Part shown: positions 1 through 9,761 of the stretch, piece by piece
Layout: every line of letters begins with the position of its first letter
Position numbering within the stretch: the stretch's first letter is position 1
From: Amoeboaphelidium occidentale
Taxonomy: Eukaryota
Assembly: GCA_023515795.1 (NCBI GenBank)
Contig: JALGPX010000102.1
Span: 1-48,128 of the forward strand
Direction of reading: 5' to 3'
Length of the DNA stretch: 48,128 bases
Program-made: the position numbers and the translations under genes
Notes under the pieces: model-generated
Seen by the model: the letters and a program-made list of their open reading frames with translations, nothing else
Database searches by the model: none
Told to the model about the DNA's origin: nothing

Positions 1-281
1 ACAGTCACTCCAAAGAAACATGCTAGCATGGCAGACGTTTCAAGGAGAAAGAGCTGCAGCCCAAAAGAGTAATGATGATCTGTAGAACATCTCAGCAGAG
101 GGATAGATTACGGAAAAGAGCGATTTTTTAGTAATATCAATATGCAACATTCATTGTTGAAAAAAGCTTGTCTTGTCTTGTCTTGATCCGTCTTGCGGCA
201 ACCTGTGTAACATCGTGTTCACATACCGCGTGGTTTGATCAATTTGCAATTATAGCAGACTTATTTTTTTAAAGTATCAGA

Positions 282-725
282 ATGAAGCTATCATTATACG
301 CTATCCTCATCCTTAGCTTAGTATCAACATCGTTGTTTGCTGCACCAACCCCAGAAGGCGACAAGAATGATAAAAGCACTAGTGCAGCTTCAAACAAGGA
401 GAACCTAAACAAAGCGCCATCAAAAACTGCTCAAGAAGCCTCTAAATCTACTGCAGACGCGAAAGGTAAAGTATCACAATCTGTTCAGTTACAACAAGAT
501 GAACTGAAGAAGTTGGAAAGGTATCAAAAGCTGAAACAACAAGGCGCATCAAAAAGCGAGCTCAAGAAGGCCGCGTCAGAATACAGACAGTCTAGAACAA
601 ATACTTTGAACCATGGCCGTATTGGATTTGGTAAGGCATCATTGGCAGTGGTTGGAGCTGGGTTGTTGGCTGGATCTGTTGGATATGGTATAGGCAAGAG
701 CTCAGCAGAAGTTCTGACCTTATGA
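282..725 (+). CDS. Small secreted protein with C-terminal glycine-zipper-like hydrophobic segment (paralog of 1655-2140)
   Basis: ATG ORF of 147 aa: signal peptide MKLSLYAILILSLVSTSLFA, K/S/A-rich linker, C-terminal NHGRIGFGKASLAVVGAGLLAGSVGYGIG. Confidence 0.75.
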   Translation: MKLSLYAILILSLVSTSLFAAPTPEGDKNDKSTSAASNKENLNKAPSKTAQEASKSTADAKGKVSQSVQLQQDELKKLERYQKLKQQGASKSELKKAASEYRQSRTNTLNHGRIGFGKASLAVVGAGLLAGSVGYGIGKSSAEVLTL

Positions 726-958
726 GTCTTTCGATCATCAATAAATTTCTTAATGCGCATGAATTTTCACTTCAAACCACGTGGAGAACAAATCATGGCG
801 AGATCATCTCCGCAACAGCGTGAAAATTCCAAACGAGCGACGGGGCAAATTGCGTCTCAACTCCGAATGCAAAACGGCCCATGGGGTTTTTTCAACATCA
901 ACGAATTTCAAGGTTTCCTTTTCACTCTTTTATGTTTGAAAAATTAACATTCCAAAGG

Positions 959-1249
959 ATGCCATCAAAAGATTCTCAACAGATTAAAGCTCAAGCCCAA
1001 GCAGCAGTCGACACTGCAAAGATTCACTTTGAAGTCTCTTCACCAAAAGTTTTCCGCTTCATCGTTGACTTGGAACCTGTCGCTGTTTCCTTGGATGTCG
1101 CTGTTGGTGATTACGACAAGAAATTGGTTGTGCCTGTTCCTGGCTTTGTGCAAAAGGTTGGATCAGTCGCAGTTTCGTTTGTTCAGCCGTATGCGTCGTG
1201 GGGTTTCAACAAACTATTTGTTAAGAAGACTTTAACAGAGAAGAAATAA
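959..1249 (+). CDS. Hypothetical protein (96 aa, MPSKDSQQ...)
   Basis: ATG at 959 inside the 881-1249 ORF, host-like codon usage, AATAAA after the stop; no recognisable domain. Confidence 0.6.
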   Translation: MPSKDSQQIKAQAQAAVDTAKIHFEVSSPKVFRFIVDLEPVAVSLDVAVGDYDKKLVVPVPGFVQKVGSVAVSFVQPYASWGFNKLFVKKTLTEKK

Positions 1250-1257
1250 TAATAAAT

Positions 1258-1623
1258 TTATTCTCTTATGATGAATAGTTGCTTGGTGTCCTTTTGCAGT
1301 ATGAACTTTGTTAGAGTTTCAATCTGCCCCAGCTTTTGGGCAAATTGCGCAGAATCTTGAAACGGATATGACAGATTTATGATCATTAAGTCAGGCATAT
1401 CTTCGTCCCCACAAGCTTGAGAGTATGGTAATGTCAGAATGTATAATCTTGTTATTATTGCTTCGTACATTTGAGTGAAGGTATTGAATGTTAGGATGTT
1501 GTTACACATGAGTTCATCTTCATGGGGCAATTGGTATCCGGTAAATAGAATAGTTTTCTCTATTGGAATGTGTTGGTGCAATGAAATGGCTTGTTTCAAG
1601 TGTGTCGCGAAAGTAACAGTCAT
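1258..1623 (-). CDS. Hypothetical protein (121 aa)
   Basis: ATG-initiated ORF filling the space between neighbours; no confident family. Confidence 0.55.
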   Translation of the reverse strand: MTVTFATHLKQAISLHQHIPIEKTILFTGYQLPHEDELMCNNILTFNTFTQMYEAIITRLYILTLPYSQACGDEDMPDLMIINLSYPFQDSAQFAQKLGQIETLTKFILQKDTKQLFIIRE

Positions 1624-1654
1624 TTAACTGAAACACGATAATATATTCAGTTCG

Positions 1655-2140
1655 CTATTCAGTGGTTGTTTCTGGGGAAGCTGATGGTGAGAGTGCAGTG
1701 ACTATCGCCTGTCCGATAGGTACACCTGCTGCTACTCCGATTCCTGTGGCAGCTGCTACACCAGTCCAGCCTTTCCAATTGGCTATGTTTCCGTGATTCT
1801 TTCTTAGTTCATTGGCCTTTTGTAACTCGACGTTTGCTCTTTGTAAACGAGACGGTGATGCTCCAGCTTCTTGCATCTTCTTAACCAGAAGGAGATGTTT
1901 CATGACATATCTATCCAGTTGAGCTGTATTCGCACGACCAGCATTTGCTAGATTACCAAGAGACTTCATAGAAGCAGATACTGAAGGTATCATTGGCCTT
2001 TTCGGAAGAGATTGACTCGATGCTCTCAATGATGGCTGTTTCATAGTGCCAAGCCCAGGTGGAGCAGATTTCACAGAAGGAGCACAAACGCCACCTGATA
2101 AAAACATGAATACGCCAAGTATAGTGATATGGTATTTCAT
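1655..2140 (-). CDS. Small secreted protein with C-terminal glycine-zipper-like segment (paralog of 282-725)
   Basis: Likely start MKYHITILGVFMFLSGGVCA (ATG 2140) is a signal peptide; shares the GASxSxLxxAxxE...NHGxI motif and Gly-rich hydrophobic tail. Confidence 0.7.
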   Translation of the reverse strand: MKYHITILGVFMFLSGGVCAPSVKSAPPGLGTMKQPSLRASSQSLPKRPMIPSVSASMKSLGNLANAGRANTAQLDRYVMKHLLLVKKMQEAGASPSRLQRANVELQKANELRKNHGNIANWKGWTGVAAATGIGVAAGVPIGQAIVTALSPSASPETTTE

Positions 2141-2221
2141 TATATTGAAAAGAAAGAACTTTATGACACGAGGTTCCACTACGACGTGTGATGTTACATT
2201 ATCGATCACACCAACACTCAA

Positions 2222-3169
2222 TCAATCATCTTTGGTTGCGGCAAAGGAAGCATGGTCAGCAAACAATAATCTGAACACCGTAAAGTTGAAAACGATAGAT
2301 CCTAGAATTGTATACAGAATCTTCCGTTTCGAGTACAAGAAAGCGTGCTTGAAAGTCTTCAGTGACCATACTGAAACGATGAACAAGAAGTCTGCAAAGA
2401 AAAGAGCCAAGTTCCTGAGCACAAGACCAAAGTTCGGATTAAATATAAGGAAATGTTCATCAAGCAACAATTCAATTATATGAAAAGCATTGATACCCAA
2501 ACAAACGGACAATATCTCAATTGGTAATGTTGTCTTTTGAACCAAAAGATAAGTTCCACATATGAACACGACAAGATCACTCAATGAGAAGTATAACTGC
2601 GAGTAAAAGAATTCATAAAACGCATCATTGAAGTAGTGAATAAGAATTGAACTGGAATACCACAATGACCACATATTGAACAGAATCGCGACTGTGAAAC
2701 TGTACCGAAGCTTCCCAACAAACAAAGCTGACGCAATCCTTTCAACAGCCTTGAAAACCAGAATGGCCCAGAAGATAAAAATAGACGCAATTATGAAAGT
2801 GGTCCTCTCCAAATTGTAGTAAACTGCCTTGTAACAGGAACGCTCACCAGCTTTCAACAGAAACTGATTACGCAATAGAGTATCTTGCTTAACTTTGACA
2901 CAGGAATATCCTCCCTTCTTCATGTAAGAATCCCAACAGTCTGTAGGAGGTCTTTGACACTTCAATGGGTTAAAAGGATCTGTTGCTCCCGTAATAAAAT
3001 GTGGATCGCTTGAAGGTGTTAATTCGTCTGAGCTTATCAGAAAGAAGTGTGCACAGTAGAGAACTATTAAGCATGCGACATATCCAGAGATCGCAGGCAC
3101 AACAGAATGTTTAATTAATCCCTTCAGCGTCTGGGCCTTCTCATTCAAAGGCTGATATTGTAAATCCAT
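2222..3169 (-). CDS. Multi-pass membrane protein, unknown function
   Basis: Long ORF with about 7 hydrophobic segments and a Cys-containing loop; start MDLQYQPL (3169) assumed, ORF open to 3289. Confidence 0.7.
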   Translation of the reverse strand: MDLQYQPLNEKAQTLKGLIKHSVVPAISGYVACLIVLYCAHFFLISSDELTPSSDPHFITGATDPFNPLKCQRPPTDCWDSYMKKGGYSCVKVKQDTLLRNQFLLKAGERSCYKAVYYNLERTTFIIASIFIFWAILVFKAVERIASALFVGKLRYSFTVAILFNMWSLWYSSSILIHYFNDAFYEFFYSQLYFSLSDLVVFICGTYLLVQKTTLPIEILSVCLGINAFHIIELLLDEHFLIFNPNFGLVLRNLALFFADFLFIVSVWSLKTFKHAFLYSKRKILYTILGSIVFNFTVFRLLFADHASFAATKDD

Positions 3170-3357
3170 TCCGGAACTTTGCAAATAAAAGCGGCTGCCG
3201 GAGCAAACCGAGTGTAATATTCGAAGCACTTGTAACTTCATGACTTCGAAGTATGCGGAACTGCCACAGTACGCATGATCGTGTTTCATTCATCCGGAGC
3301 GTGACTTGAATCGTTCCTGTTCGATTCTCAACAATCACACCCCTGAAACTTCGGACA

Positions 3358-4391
3358 ATGAATAATCCTTTGCCAGAGAGTTTAGAACAAGTAAGAATCG
3401 CCTTATTAAGGGATGACGTCATAATACTTTGTTCTTTCTGTAGGAATGCAAGAAGGCTGCTAGAACACTGAAATCATTCATCAAGCCAGATCCTTCAAAG
3501 AATACGCCAGACTCCATAATTCCACCTGATCTCATTCAAAAGGCTAAAGGCTTAGCGATTATCACAGTCTTAAAAGGTGGTTTCATTTGGTCTGTTCGAC
3601 TTGGCTCTGGTTTGGTTGTAGCGAGACTTCCTGATGGATCTTGGAGTGCTCCTTCTGCGATCGCCATAACGGGTGTCGGTGTTGGTGGCCAAATTGGTGG
3701 AGAATTAACGGATTTTGTTTTTATTCTGAATACTACGGATTCTGTTAAAGCTTTCAGTCATGGTGGCAATTTTACTTTGGGAGCAAATGTTTCGATTTCA
3801 GCTGGTCCTATTGGTCGTAATGCAGAAGCTGCAGGTACTCTGAAGAATGCTGCTGCGATTTATTCTTACTCAAAAACTAAGGGACTATTTGCTGGTGTTT
3901 CACTGGAGGGAACAGTAATTGTCGAAAGAAAGGACGCAAACAATCGATTCTATCATAGGAAAGTCTCTGCAAAGGAAATACTCTCAGGATCAGTAGAGAG
4001 GCCTACAGCTTCTACGGATCTCTACAAGGCATTAGATCAAAGAGCTGGAACTACTTCTCCAATATCACCGATAGGAGAATCATTTCCATATGGTGACAAT
4101 TATCGTGGAGCTGAAGTCTATGCTGGTAATGCGACAGCGGCTGCAGCTTCTGCACAACAACCGCCTCCAGCGTATGCGCCTACTGGATCTGGAAAGCCAT
4201 CTCTACCGCCACGTTCAACGACTGCAGTAGCATTGTATGATTTCGCTGGAGAAAGACCAGAAGATCTATCCTTTATGAAAGGGGATGTGATACTCATTCT
4301 CAAGAAGACAGATTCTCAGAATGACTGGTGGTTTGGTCAGTTGAATGGGAAACAAGGTCATTTCCCAGCGAATTACGTCAAAGTGAAGTAA
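3358..4391 (+). CDS. YSC84: SYLF/YAB + SH3 domain protein (Ysc84/Lsb3/SH3YL1 family)
   Basis: Exon 1 MNNPLPESLEQ, intron 3391-3443 (GTAAG..TAG), then IIPPDLIQKAKGLAI, WSAPSAI, GGQIGGELTDFVFILN; C-terminal SH3 (ALYDF...WW...GHFPANYV). Confidence 0.93.
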
Positions 4392-4440
4392 ATAAAAAAT
4401 TCAGTTGTTTTTTTGGTTTTTACTTATTTAGGCGTTAGAT

Positions 4441-5810
4441 TTAGATCTTTGGATGTCTGAAATTCTCACCAGCGTAAACTGCATCAGCTCCCAATTCTTC
4501 TTCAATTCTCAGCAATTGATTATATTTTGCCAATCTTTCAGATCTGCATGGAGCACCAGTCTTGATTTGACCAGAGCCCAAACCAACAACCAAATCAGCA
4601 ATGAAGGTATCTTCTGTTTCACCAGATCTGTGAGAGACCATGACACCCCAACCATCAGATTTTGCCATCAAAGCAGCCTTGATGGATTCTGTAACAGAAC
4701 CAATTTGATTTACCTTCAAAAGCAAACCAGAGCATGCCTTCTGTTGAATAGCATCCTTAATTCTCTTTGGATTAGTAACAGTCAGATCATCACCAACAAT
4801 CTGGATAGGAGTTGAAGTAGTCAACTTGGACCAGTGTGCCCAGTCGTCTTGATCAAAAGGATCTTCAATGGAGACAATTGGGTAGTCATTGATGAAACTC
4901 TTGTATAACTCAACCATTTTATCACCAGACAACCATTTACTCTTGTCAGAGTTTGCATTCTTGAAATCCAAATCATACTGTTTAGCATCTTCCTTATAGA
5001 ACTCAGAAGCAGCACAATCCATAGCAATCTTGATCTTGTCAGTGTAACCAGCTTCAGCAATTGCTTGTTTCAACAATTCCAAACCTTCCTTGTTATCCTG
5101 AATATTCGGAGCGAAACCACCTTCATCACCAACATTAGTAGCATCCTGACCGTAACGCTTCTTAATTACGGATTTCAAAGTATGATAAACCTCTGAACCA
5201 ATCTTCATGGCTTCCTGGAATGATTTAGCACCAGTTGGCAAAATCATGAATTCTTGCATTGCCAATTTGTTACCAGCATGTGAACCACCATTAATAACAT
5301 TAAAAGCAGGAACAGGCAACACCAATTTCCTATCACGCCAACCACTCAAATCAGCCAAGTGACGATACAGAGGCACACCTTTAGCAGCAGCACCAGCCTT
5401 ACAACATGCCAAAGAAACACCAAGAATAGCATTAGCACCCAATTTACTCTTGTTCTCGGTACCATCCAACTTTAACAAAAATTCATCAATCTTTTCCTGT
5501 TCCGTAACATTCAATCCACTCTGAACCAAAGCAGGAGCAATTAAAAGCAAAACATTATCAACAGCCTTCTTGACACCTTTTCCCAAATAATTCTTTTTAT
5601 CACCATCGCGCAACTCCAATGCTTCATGAACACCAGTGGAAGCACCAGAAGGAACAGCAGCCCTGAAAACACCCTTCTCAGTAGTGACTTCAACTTCAAC
5701 TGTAGGATTACCACGAGAGTCAAAGATTTGTCTAGCGTGAACCTAACCAGAAGTTAAGTAGGTTCTGGGTTGGAGGAGTTGTGTACCTTTTTAACTGTAG
5801 AGACTGTCAT
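4441..5810 (-). CDS. ENO1: Enolase
   Basis: MTVSTVKK, intron 5743-5786, then [35 protein letters not shown] and [11 protein letters not shown] motifs. Confidence 0.98.
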
Positions 5811-6002
5811 GTAGTTTTATAAGAACGTTTTAAAAAGAAACGCTTTGCGATAGAGAAATTGGCACGATCCAAATCGATCAGGAACGACGCAACAGCAAAT
5901 CGATTATACACCAACACTTAATTACAGCAGAATTCATTTTTTTTATCGCGCAGTGTTCCAGCTCAAGAACCAACACCACTTTATTGAACAACGACAATTA
6001 TT

Positions 6003-6850
6003 TCAACTAGACTCTTCCTTTCCTTCCTTCAATACCTTTGTCCCTTCTTCTTCCGCAACCATTTCTCGACTACTAGCAATAGGCAAAGTGTCTCCTTCTT
6101 CTGGATTCTGAGTAGTTGTTTCAGTTGTTTGTGGCGTATCAACTGTACCACCTTGTTGTCCTTGCTGCTGTTCAGCTACACCCAATGGAGTAGTAGTAGT
6201 AGTAGTAGTAGGCAACAATTTCCTCCACTTTTCCAACAATGCTGCAGCCCTCTCAACAACATTTGCAGGTTCATTCTCAATCACCATAGAGCTCAATCTC
6301 TTTATAACCTTACCAATCTTTGTATCCTACAAGGATCGAATTAAATACAAACAATTAGAGTTACCCTTAACAAATCAAATGTCACATTGAATCGTTCCAC
6401 TTCCTCCATCAAATCATTCACTTTTCCAAAATCTTCAGTCTTCAAAGTATCACCAAGAAATATGCGCTGCAATTTATGACGCAAACCCAACAGAATTTCA
6501 CTCTCTGATTTTGATAAGGCTTCAGAGTTTAATTTCTTCTTCTTTTTCTTTTTAGAAGTGAAAGCAGCAGCAGATGATGACGCCACAGAAGATTCATCAT
6601 TAAAACTTTCCGCAGCAGCAGCAGCAGCAGCAGAAGTTGCAGTTCTCTTCTTTGAACTTTTAGACTTTTTAGAATATTCAATTTCCCCTTCTTGTGTAAC
6701 AAATCTNGCAAACCCAACAGAATTTCACTCTCTGATTTTGATAAGGCTTCAGAGTTTAATTTCTTCTTCTTTTTCTTTTTAGAAGTGAAAGCAGCAGCAG
6801 CAGCAGCAGCAGATGATGACGCCACAGAAGATTCCTCATTAAAACTTTCC

Positions 6851-6881
<31 letters not shown>

Positions 6882-7469
6882 TTGCAGTTCTCTTCTTTGA
6901 ACTTTTAGACTTTTTAGAATATTCAATTTCCCCTTCTTGTGTAACAAATCTGTCTTCTTCTTGTTCTTCTTGTTCATGCAAATTGTAAACAAAATCCACT
7001 GAATTTGGTGCATCTTGTGCCAGCGCAATAGCTTCCTTTAATCCCTTGACAGGCTTCTTCTTCAACTGACTCAAATGTTCTTCCAATTGAGAGAGAAAAG
7101 GTTTTATGGATTGCCCAGGAACAAAAGCATAATCATTCTGTCCGTAAAACACAACAGGAAAACTACCCAACGGCGCACTTCTCTTTTTCAGATCTCTAGG
7201 CAAGTTGGAAGAATCCAGAATCTACAATAACAACAAGAATAAAATCTCGTTAGTTAAAGCCCAGATACTAATAAAAATACTTTGGCAGGCCAGGAGGGAT
7301 AGCCCTTGAGTTTTGCCCATACCATGTCGCCCTTCTTGTAATTAAACTTCTGCTGCTGCTGCTGCTGTTGTTGTTCAGCCTTTACTCCCTTGCTCTTGTC
7401 ATTAGCAGCAGGTTCAGCTTCAGTTTTCCTTTTTATTTCTGGATTATTCAAAGAAACCACTAGAGACAT
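6003..7469 (-). CDS. PWWP-domain protein with C-terminal TFIIS-N/IBD-like domain (HDGF/LEDGF/Pdp-like); middle part duplicated at an assembly join
   Basis: KGDMVWAKLKGYPSWPAK; introns 7222-7280 and 6327-6364; C-terminal DTKIGKVIKRL...AAALLEKWRKLL; 6481-6706 repeated after N at 6707. Confidence 0.82.
6481..6951. repeat. Overlapping contig ends/alleles differing in (GCA)n tract length, joined by N at 6707
   Basis: 6481-6706 is nearly identical to 6708-6951 apart from poly-Ala codon tract lengths and a SNP. Confidence 0.85.
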
Positions 7470-7550
7470 TATTCTAGTTGTATGAATGAAAGACGAAAAG
7501 AAAAAGAGCGAAAAATTTTTTGATTGATTCACCAATCAAGCTTTTTCCAT

Positions 7551-8861
7551 CTATTCGTGCTCGTGAGATTCTGCTGCAAATAAAACATATCTCCACAACC
7601 TCTCTGCCACTTTCAATTTTACTTCAGAATCTAAATCATATAATTGTAATTCTTTTAAATCTTCCTGTAACATTTCCATCCTTTCAGTAGTAAAGATGTA
7701 CTTACTCCATCTCAGTCGACTCTGTTCCATCATCAAATTACTCAACACTACAATCTGCCCTGTAGAATAATATGAAGGTTGTTGTTTTCGTAAGAGTAAA
7801 ACTTCAATTTGCCGCAAGTACTGCAACAACTGTTTAATTCTCTTCCTCTTAAACCTTCTACCACCACTACTTTTTGATGATAATAATAATAAACCATTAA
7901 CAACAACAAAGTAAAAAATCATTAGAACTGGAGCTACTGCTACTAATCCAAAATTCAATTCATTACTCTTCAATATTTTATCCAATGCACTCAGAGCCAA
8001 TTCAACATCGACTTTTGCCTTTTGGATTTGAATTAGAATTAATTGGATTAAATCTCCTGCTAATAAATTCCTTAAAGGATGTTGCATTTCCTGTTCATAT
8101 TGTAAAAGTATTAAAGAGAAGTCTTTATCATTGTTATTAGAAGTAGAATAATTAGAGACCATCCTTCCTAATGACTCTAAATCTACTTCATATGACATCT
8201 GTGAATTATTTATGGAATGTTCATATCTAATTGTTTTATAAATTCCTTTCAAAGGTTCATATATCCAATTTAAAACTAAACTATTTATAGTCTTGTAAGA
8301 TTCTGTTGTTAATCTATAAATAGATTTTGTATTTTTAGACAAAATGTATAATGCACTCAGACTAACAGTTACAGGAATCCATATTCTAAACACAATTGGA
8401 GGCATTCCATACATTCTCTTTAAATTCAAATAATACTGAGATAATTTCTTTAATTGTGAATCTACATCAGTAGAAGTCTGAGGCTGTTGTATTAATAATT
8501 GAAAGGAATCTGTAGAGTCTTCCCTTGTTATTTTAGTTATAATAGAATGTATAATGTCTTTCTCTTGTTGTTCCTTCTTTTGTTTATATTCTTCCAATAT
8601 TCCCAAAGATATGGAAATAATTTTCATTGCATTGTTTAGTTTTTGTATTCTTTCTACTCTATTCTTAATAATACTTCCACCACTTACACCACTTACAATT
8701 CTTCTTGTGTAAAAATAGAAATTAAAAGATACTCTCTTGTATACAGATGATGACTCATAATATTTCAAATGATTATTATTCAAATCAAAATATTCTTTTA
8801 ATAAAGTAGATTTCAGTAAGTCAAGTAGTAGTAGTAGTAGATTGTTGTTGTTGTTGTTCAT
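7551..8861 (-). CDS. NCA2: Nuclear control of ATPase protein 2
   Basis: YEQEMQHPLRNLLAGDLIQLILIQIQKAKVDVELALSALDKILKSNELNFGLVAVAP is the Nca2 family signature. Confidence 0.88.
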   Translation of the reverse strand: MNNNNNNLLLLLLDLLKSTLLKEYFDLNNNHLKYYESSSVYKRVSFNFYFYTRRIVSGVSGGSIIKNRVERIQKLNNAMKIISISLGILEEYKQKKEQQEKDIIHSIITKITREDSTDSFQLLIQQPQTSTDVDSQLKKLSQYYLNLKRMYGMPPIVFRIWIPVTVSLSALYILSKNTKSIYRLTTESYKTINSLVLNWIYEPLKGIYKTIRYEHSINNSQMSYEVDLESLGRMVSNYSTSNNNDKDFSLILLQYEQEMQHPLRNLLAGDLIQLILIQIQKAKVDVELALSALDKILKSNELNFGLVAVAPVLMIFYFVVVNGLLLLSSKSSGGRRFKRKRIKQLLQYLRQIEVLLLRKQQPSYYSTGQIVVLSNLMMEQSRLRWSKYIFTTERMEMLQEDLKELQLYDLDSEVKLKVAERLWRYVLFAAESHEHE

Positions 8862-9362
8862 CTTCTTCTGTTTGATTTTGTAGAAGAAACTGTAATTATT
8901 GTAGTGATCATAGTGCAGCCAATCACGCTCAACCTAAAATTGTAGACAAATTTTTTTTGCATTTTGGGTATTTACCTTTTTAACCTTTAAGGAGATTTAG
9001 AAATGGTTGCACAGAAGAAACAAAAGAAGAGTATTGAGTCTATTAATTCGCGTCTTGCTCTAGTAATGNAAAATATTCTTTTAATAAAGTAGATTTCAGT
9101 AAGTCAAGTAGTAGTAGTAGTAGATTGTTGTTGTTGTTGTTGTTGTTGTTCATCTTCTTCTGTTTGATTTTGTAGAAGAAACTGTAATTATTGTAGTGAT
9201 CATAGTGCAGCCAATCACGCTCAACCTAAAATTGTAGACAAATTTTTTTTTGCATTTTGGGGTTTTTACCATTTTAACCTTTAAGGAGATTTAGAAATGG
9301 TTGCACAGAAGAAACAAAAGAAGAGTATTGAGTCTATTAATTCGCGTCTTGCTCTAGTAATG
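8787..9362. repeat. Allelic/overlap duplication of the NCA2-RPL30 divergent promoter, joined by N at 9069
   Basis: About 8787-9068 is repeated at 9070-9362 with a different (GTT)n length and a few SNPs. Confidence 0.85.
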
Positions 9363-9681
9363 AAATCTGGCAAGTACTATCTAGGGTATCGTTCTACTCT
9401 CCGCAGCATCAGGCAAGGCAAAGGTATTATAGATTCGTAGGGTATACACAACAACTTATTTCTGTTTAGCAAAGTTGATTTTGATTGCTGGTAATTGTCC
9501 TGCTTTGAGAAAGTCTGAATTGGAATACTATGCAATGTTGTCAAAGACTGGTGTACATCACTACTCTGGTAATAATATCGAAATGGGTACGGCTTGTGGA
9601 AAGTACTTTCGTGTTGGGTGCTTGAGTATTGTGGATGCAGGAGACTCTGATTTAATCAAGGCAAGTGAAGAAGCTCAGTAA
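9297..9681 (+). CDS. RPL30: 60S ribosomal protein eL30
   Basis: [26 protein letters not shown], intron 9424-9469, then [27 protein letters not shown]. Confidence 0.97.
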
Positions 9682-9728
9682 ACATTGACAGAAATAAATC
9701 TAAACAGAATGTAATCAACTGGTCTATT

Positions 9729-9760
<32 letters not shown>
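9729..9760. repeat. (TCTA)8 microsatellite
   Basis: Tandem tcta array between the RPL30 and oxidase 3' ends. Confidence 0.95.
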
Positions 9761-9761
9761 C

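Noticed and set aside
1258..1623. Possible truncated RecA/Rad51-paralog fold (PDLMII strand)
   Set aside because: No Walker A motif, and the resemblance is too weak to call without a profile search
9003..9068. Second RPL30 start, suggesting a tandem duplicate
   Set aside because: Ends at the N join and overlaps the next contig; allelic or assembly overlap
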